DNA of 64,000 bases from Bacteroidota bacterium (GTDB lineage: Bacteria; Bacteroidota; Bacteroidia; Palsa-948): the NCBI GenBank assembly GCA_016213435.1, contig JACRAL010000004.1, positions 1,286 through 65,285 of the forward strand, read 5' to 3'. Under the pieces are notes generated by a model. That model was not told the DNA's origin. It did no database searches and saw only the letters and a list, made by a program, of their open reading frames with translations. A program made the translations under genes and the position numbers. Positions 58,647-64,000 of this stretch are shown here, piece after piece (position 1 is the first letter of the stretch; each line of letters starts with the position of its first letter).

Positions 58647-59873
58647 ATGAGTTTTGACACAGGCACCACCGGTTTCATGCTTCTCGCAACATCGCTAGTG
58701 ATGTTGATGACACCCGGACTTGCATTCTTCTACGGAGGACTTGCAGGAAAGAGAAATATTCTCGGGATCATGATACAAAGTTTTGTTTCGATGGGAATCA
58801 CCACTGTGATGTGGTATATATGCGGGTACTCGCTCTGCTTCAGCGGAGACGCGCTCGGAGGTCTGATCGGAAATTTTGACAAATCATTCATGCACGATGT
58901 GAATCTTAACTCGGCTTTTTCAGGAAATAAAAATATTCCTGAATTTGTTTTCATAGCTTACCAAATGATGTTCGCCATCATCACCCCTGCATTAATCACC
59001 GGAGCATTTGTAAATCGTGTAACGTTCAAATCGTACCTGATATTTCTTGTGCTGTGGCAGCTGCTCGTGTACTATCCTTTCGCGCACATGGTGTGGGGAG
59101 GCGGGTTGCTTGCGCAATGGGGAGTTCTTGATTTCGCAGGCGGAATTGTGGTTCATGCCACAGCTGGGTTTGCTGCGCTTGCATCGGTTATTTATGTAGG
59201 GAAACGCAGGGACAAAGCCTCGCTTCCGAATAGTGTTCCGCTCATCGCGATCGGCACAGGTTTGCTTTGGTTCGGTTGGTATGGCTTCAATGCGGGAAGC
59301 GCGCTGGATGTAAATGCAATTACCGGACAGGCATTTTTAAATACTGATGTTGCTGCTTCATTTGCTGCTATTACTTGGCTGGTCATTGAATGGTCGTTGG
59401 TAAAGAAGCCAAAGTTTGTGGGATTGCTCACGGGTGCTGTGGCTGGACTTGCCACCATCACTCCTGCCGCAGGTTTTGTTTCACTCAACGCAGCAGTAGT
59501 GATTGGCATTGCATCCGGAGGAGTTTGCTACCTCGCAGTTCATCTGAAAAATAAAATGGGATGGGATGATGCGCTGGATGTATGGGGAGTTCATGGCATT
59601 GGCGGATGCCTAGGAACTATTTTGCTCGGAGTATTCGCAACAAAATTTGTGAATGCAGCAGGAACTGATGGTTTGCTGCACGGTGGAACCACTTTCTTCA
59701 TCCACCAGACGATCGCTGTGGTTGGCGCATGTATTTATGCATTTGTTTTTACATATGCTATGCTGGCACTGATAAACATGATCACAAAAGTAAAAGTAAG
59801 CGAAACGGCCGAAGACCAGGGCTTAGATGAATCCGAACATGGCGAGAAAGCTTACGATGAAGGAGTGCTCTGA
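58647..59873 (+). CDS. amtB: Ammonium transporter
   Basis: MTPGLAFFYGG, QMMFA.IT, DFAGG.VVH, WFGWYGFNAGS and DDALDV..VHG motifs. Confidence 0.96.
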   Translation: MSFDTGTTGFMLLATSLVMLMTPGLAFFYGGLAGKRNILGIMIQSFVSMGITTVMWYICGYSLCFSGDALGGLIGNFDKSFMHDVNLNSAFSGNKNIPEFVFIAYQMMFAIITPALITGAFVNRVTFKSYLIFLVLWQLLVYYPFAHMVWGGGLLAQWGVLDFAGGIVVHATAGFAALASVIYVGKRRDKASLPNSVPLIAIGTGLLWFGWYGFNAGSALDVNAITGQAFLNTDVAASFAAITWLVIEWSLVKKPKFVGLLTGAVAGLATITPAAGFVSLNAAVVIGIASGGVCYLAVHLKNKMGWDDALDVWGVHGIGGCLGTILLGVFATKFVNAAGTDGLLHGGTTFFIHQTIAVVGACIYAFVFTYAMLALINMITKVKVSETAEDQGLDESEHGEKAYDEGVL

Positions 59874-59900
59874 CAAAAATCAGGATAATAAATATTTATG

Positions 59901-59926
59901 GTCAGGAGAAATCCTGACTTTTTTTT
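59901..59926 (+). terminator. Intrinsic terminator after amt
   Basis: GTCAGGA-GAAA-TCCTGAC followed by a T8 run. Confidence 0.75.
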
Positions 59927-59951
59927 CAGTCGAAATTCAGATAAAAAATGA

Positions 59952-61544
59952 TCACAACAATTTCAGCGATTTCAGAATTACTTTATCATCTTCATTTAGG
60001 ATGGGATAGAAGCCTTCGTTGCCCCATATCTGGCGGGCGATGCTTGCTTTGAGAAAAATTTTAATGACCTTTTTCGAAACCTCGGCTTCGCGTAAATTTG
60101 TTTTTACGCCAAGCTTTTCAGCATATGCCCTAAATTCATTAAATATTTTTTCATCAATCATGAAAGTGGATTGAAACTTCTTCATGTTCATTGCAGAAAG
60201 AGATTTTCTGTTCTTATCTGCATAATCAAAACTGAATTGATTAAGAGCGCCTTTCACAAAAATATCCGATAAGTAGGGCGTTCTTCCTGCCGTATCCAGC
60301 GGAATGAAAACATCCGGAGTGATTCCGCCTCCGCCATAAACAATCTTTCCTTTTTGGGTAGTGTATTTCAACGAATCATTCTCATGAATACTGTCGGCAT
60401 GCATTAGTTCTCCTTGCTTGTAACGGTTGTATTCTTCGTTGTAATAATCTTCAATGTCTTTCCCGTAGGGTTTCTGAATACATCTTCCTGTCGGGGTATA
60501 ATAGCGTGCAACCGTCAGCCGGATGGCTGAACTATCAGAGAACATAGTTTCTCGTTGCACCAATCCTTTTCCAAACGAGCGTCTGCCCACAATAGTTCCC
60601 CGGTCGTTATCCTGAATTGCACCAGAGACAATTTCACTTGCGGAAGCGGAGTTTTCATCGATCAGCACAATGAGTCTTGTATCGGTGAGAATTCCTTTGT
60701 CTGTTGCTTTAATGGTTTCTTTTGCATGAGATTTTCCTTTGGTGTAAACAATTATTTGTCCTTTTTCCAGAAACTCATCGCATATTTTTATTGCGGTGGA
60801 AAGCAGTCCGCCACCATTTCCACGCAAATCTAGAATAAGATTTTTCATTCCTTCCGCACGAAGCTTAGATGCTTTTTCTAAAAATTCTTCATGCGTAGTT
60901 TCCGCAAATCGGCTTACTTTAATGTATCCGGTATTTTTATTTAGCATATATCCGGCATCCACACTGTAAATAGGTATCATGCCGCGCGTGATGGTATAAT
61001 CAATAAGTTTTTGTGAATGGCCTCGCATAATACTAACCTTAACTTTTGTTCCGCCTTTTCCACGGAGTTTTCCAAGAACATCTTTGTTTTTAATTTTTAC
61101 TCCGGCTGCTTCCTTTCCTTCAATTTTCACAATTTTATCTCCTGCTTGGATGCCCAACTCCTCGGAAGGACCTCCCGCAATTGCCGAGATTACCCGGATC
61201 GTGTCTTCGATAATGTTAAACTCGATGCCAATGCCTTCAAAATTTCCTTCCATCGGTTCGCGCATTTCCTGCACATCTTTCGCTGTCATATAAACCGAAT
61301 GCGGATCAAGGTTCTGAAGCAGATCGGAAATTGCTTTTTCCACCAACACATCTTTTTTCACCGTGTCCACATATTCTTCTTCAATGAAATTAAGAACGCT
61401 GTTCAGTTTGTCGGAAGGTTTCTTTTCCGGTTGCATAAATCGGATAACGGGCGAGGAGAAATTTAATTTGGAGCCAATGAAGATTCCTGTCGCAAGTAGC
61501 AATGCAAAGATCAACGGGAGAATAATTTTGAAACGGGGACTCAT
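59952..61544 (-). CDS. S41 family C-terminal processing peptidase
   Basis: LDPHS, PDZ GIGI, DLRGNGGG, SASASEI, FGKGLVQ and YYTP.GR motifs. Confidence 0.93.
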   Translation of the reverse strand: MSPRFKIILPLIFALLLATGIFIGSKLNFSSPVIRFMQPEKKPSDKLNSVLNFIEEEYVDTVKKDVLVEKAISDLLQNLDPHSVYMTAKDVQEMREPMEGNFEGIGIEFNIIEDTIRVISAIAGGPSEELGIQAGDKIVKIEGKEAAGVKIKNKDVLGKLRGKGGTKVKVSIMRGHSQKLIDYTITRGMIPIYSVDAGYMLNKNTGYIKVSRFAETTHEEFLEKASKLRAEGMKNLILDLRGNGGGLLSTAIKICDEFLEKGQIIVYTKGKSHAKETIKATDKGILTDTRLIVLIDENSASASEIVSGAIQDNDRGTIVGRRSFGKGLVQRETMFSDSSAIRLTVARYYTPTGRCIQKPYGKDIEDYYNEEYNRYKQGELMHADSIHENDSLKYTTQKGKIVYGGGGITPDVFIPLDTAGRTPYLSDIFVKGALNQFSFDYADKNRKSLSAMNMKKFQSTFMIDEKIFNEFRAYAEKLGVKTNLREAEVSKKVIKIFLKASIARQIWGNEGFYPILNEDDKVILKSLKLL

Positions 61545-61996
61545 AATCTATTATACTTCACTACTTCTATTCCAAACTTTTTTAGAAAATCCACTCCTTC
61601 GTCAGTTGGCAATCCTTTATATTCTGCATAACTATTCAGGTAAATAACCTTTTTAATTCCTGATGCATAAATGATTCTCGCACATGGCAAACAGGGAGCG
61701 AGGGTAACATAGATGATGCAATTTTCAAGCGGAACATTATTTTTTGATGCGTAGATGATTGCATTTTGTTCGGCATGAAGAGCCAAAGAACAGCTTCCTT
61801 TATTATCGCGCGAACAGCCTGTCTGAGGCCATTCCTCATCACAATTATGTGTGCCTGCGGGCGGTCCGTTGTATCCGAGCGACACAATACGGGTATCTTT
61901 TGTAAGCACCGCACCCACTTTTATTTTAACGCAATGAGAGCGCTCGGCAAGATTCTTTGCCAAATCCATATAGATATCGTCAAAACTAGGACGCAT
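61541..61996 (-). CDS. dCMP deaminase family protein
   Basis: GYNG, HAEQNA and PC..C zinc motifs. Confidence 0.9.
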   Translation of the reverse strand: MRPSFDDIYMDLAKNLAERSHCVKIKVGAVLTKDTRIVSLGYNGPPAGTHNCDEEWPQTGCSRDNKGSCSLALHAEQNAIIYASKNNVPLENCIIYVTLAPCLPCARIIYASGIKKVIYLNSYAEYKGLPTDEGVDFLKKFGIEVVKYNRL

Positions 61997-62122
61997 ATTT
62001 CAAATTAAGGAATAAGATTTTTTATCTACTAAATTACCAATCTGTATTACTAATAGCAGCCATAGTGTATTTTGGGTTTCATTAGTACATGAGTATTCAT
62101 TCGTAAATTATTAGTAGATGAG

Positions 62123-63079
62123 TTAGAATACTTTGCTGGCTATCTTTCTCACTGACTCCGAACTTCCCATAGTGTAAAAATGCAGTACCGGTACGCCAAA
62201 CTTGATAAGTTCTTTTGCCTGCTTGATACACCATTCTATTCCCACTTCTTTTGCTTCGTTATCGTTCTTGCATTTATCCACTGCATCCATCAGATCCTGC
62301 GGGATGTCAAGGTAAAATGTTTTCGGCAATATGGCTGCCTGCGATTTTGTGGTGAGCACTTTCAATCCGGGAATGATCGGTATATTGATGTCTATCTCAC
62401 GGCATTTCTTCACGAAGTCAAAATATTTTTGATTGTCATAGAACATCTGTGTCACCACGTACTGAGCTCCTGCATCCACTTTCATTTTCAGATAGCGGAG
62501 GTCAGAAGTCATATTGGGTGCTTCAAAATGTTTTTCAGGATAACCCGCCACGCCAATGCAAAAATCGGTAGGTGTTACTTCCACCATCTCGTCTTCATAT
62601 AAGTACGTTCCTTTGTTCATGTTCACCACCTGTTTTACCAGATCCAATGCATAGGCGTTTCCTCCCGGTTCGGGAATAAAGGAGCGTTCATTCTTCACCG
62701 CGTCACCGCGCAGCACAAGCACGTTGTCAATACCAAGGAATTGCAGGTCGATGAGGGCACTTTCGGTTTCTTCTTTTGTAAATCCACCGCAGATAATATG
62801 AGGAACAGTGTCGATCTTGTATCGGTTCATGATCGCAGCGCAGATGCCTACCGTACCCGGACGTTTTCGGGTAGAAACTTTTTCCAGAAACCCACCTTCG
62901 CGTTTTCTATAAAAAAACTCTTCCCGATGATAGGTAACATCCACAAATGATGGCTTGAAATCCTGCAGCGGGTCAATGATGTTGTAAATGGACTGTATGC
63001 TTTTCCCTTTAAGAGGAGGAAGTATCTCGATAGAAAAGAGTGTGGACTTGGATTTCTTTATGTGGTCAATAACCTTCAT
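62123..63079 (-). CDS. metF: 5,10-methylenetetrahydrofolate reductase
   Basis: S.EILPP, DVT, LRGD, AGYPEKH, TQMF and HFYT motifs. -7 box TAACTTTG at 63099-63106. Confidence 0.95.
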   Translation of the reverse strand: MKVIDHIKKSKSTLFSIEILPPLKGKSIQSIYNIIDPLQDFKPSFVDVTYHREEFFYRKREGGFLEKVSTRKRPGTVGICAAIMNRYKIDTVPHIICGGFTKEETESALIDLQFLGIDNVLVLRGDAVKNERSFIPEPGGNAYALDLVKQVVNMNKGTYLYEDEMVEVTPTDFCIGVAGYPEKHFEAPNMTSDLRYLKMKVDAGAQYVVTQMFYDNQKYFDFVKKCREIDINIPIIPGLKVLTTKSQAAILPKTFYLDIPQDLMDAVDKCKNDNEAKEVGIEWCIKQAKELIKFGVPVLHFYTMGSSESVRKIASKVF

Positions 63080-63142
63080 TACTTGTAAATAAAGAGGGCA
63101 AAGTTAATGATTTACGCCAATCGGGAATTTATAGAAATATTT

Positions 63143-63721
63143 CTACCACTTATTTTTCGCTCTAAGCGTAGTAATGTGAGCACAATGGTGATTGCCGTGC
63201 CAAGAATAAAGAGAAAGCAAAAATTTAATAGACATATCTCGCTTAGTCTCAGGATGAAAAATTGTTTTGTTAAGATCATCGGCAGATAATTTTTTCAGGA
63301 TATAAACCCAACGTGTATGGAGCGAATCCAAGAGAGAAAGAGAAATTTCCACTGGAAGATATTTGTAATCATCCATTTCTGCCCATAATTTTTCTGCATA
63401 GGGTTTAATGACAGGGTTATTTTCTGTAACCGCAAGTTTGACGCGGATGTAGCCATGCATGTGGCTGTCGGCAACATGATGAACCACTTGTCGAACCGAC
63501 CAGCCACCATCGCGGTAAGATGTGTTGAGTTGCACATCATTTAATCCCTTCACTGCATCTCTCAACTTTGCAGGCAATCTTTCTATTTCCGAGATCCATT
63601 CCCTGATTCCCTTTTCATCGGCATCGGCATCGGCATCGGCATCGGCATCGGCATCGGCATCGGCATTAAAATTAAATTTTCCAATCGGATAGCGGAGTTG
63701 ATCTAATGCAATGAGTTCCAT
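63143..63721 (-). CDS. yfiT: YfiT-family bacillithiol transferase/metal-dependent hydrolase
   Basis: LRYPIG, YR.GGW..RQVVHH.ADSH, LH.RW and YSWHG.HH.AHI motifs. Start at 63721 or 63736. Confidence 0.88.
   Translation of the reverse strand: MELIALDQLRYPIGKFNFNADADADADADADADADEKGIREWISEIERLPAKLRDAVKGLNDVQLNTSYRDGGWSVRQVVHHVADSHMHGYIRVKLAVTENNPVIKPYAEKLWAEMDDYKYLPVEISLSLLDSLHTRWVYILKKLSADDLNKTIFHPETKRDMSIKFLLSLYSWHGNHHCAHITTLRAKNKW
63617..63664 (-). repeat. Perfect (GCCGAT)8 hexamer repeat encoding (AD)8
   Basis: Eight perfect ATCGGC copies on the + strand. Confidence 0.95.
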
Positions 63722-63947
63722 AAAATTAAATTTCAAAATGAATATATGATTTTTGATTAATTAAAAATAGTATAGACCAATAGTAAAGAATTGTAAAGTT
63801 AATTATTTACTCAAGTGCAAGTTTCAGAAATAGATTGTAATCGACTATAAAAATAGAAAAGAGAAATCATATTGTCATTTACCATTATATTATTTTTGTG
63901 TTTCTGTACGAAAGAAAACAATAAGAACAAAGAAGAAATATTTACAG

Positions 63948-64000
63948 ATGACAGATAATGCACTCTTATATAATATAGGCATCACCCTTCTTCCGGGGGT
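63948..64000 (+). CDS. Possible N-terminus of DNA-processing protein DprA (partial)
   Basis: MTDNALLYNIGITLLPG resembles Bacteroidota DprA starts. Only 17 codons are visible. Confidence 0.45.
   Translation, partial: MTDNALLYNIGITLLPG

Overview
64 kb of ordinary-looking Bacteroidota chromosome, inferred from TAnnTTTG promoter boxes, the gene repertoire and a long-form urocanate hydratase. It carries housekeeping genes (mutL, lpxK, PNP, hutU, PBP1A, scoAB, pccB, ABC-F, topA, rlmD, rocD, leuS, ftsX, uppP, truB, amt, metF), a propeller/PP2C sensor, and a ~13 kb cluster of two GT2 and five GT-C-like membrane glycosyltransferases. No rRNA, tRNA, CRISPR array, integrase or transposase gene was seen. 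The unusual signal is below gene scale: several families of short palindromic or tandem elements, many inserted in frame in conserved genes. (1) A CCCCTCTCC..GGAGAGGGG hairpin family is translated inside lpxK, hutU, rlmD, leuS, the sensor and a desulfhydrase, in different frames and orientations. (2) A GTCATTGCGAG..CTCGCAATGAC doublet family clusters around a 99-aa GIY-YIG nuclease in a RAYT/REPIN-like layout, making it a candidate nuclease-repeat mobile system. (3) There are also GTAG-type REPs, 16-20 bp mini-palindromes nested in other repeats, 7/8-mer arrays, a 167-bp MITE-like unit with 9-bp target duplication, and a 54-bp att-like duplication of a GT2 3' end. Family assignments come from recognised motifs, not database searches.
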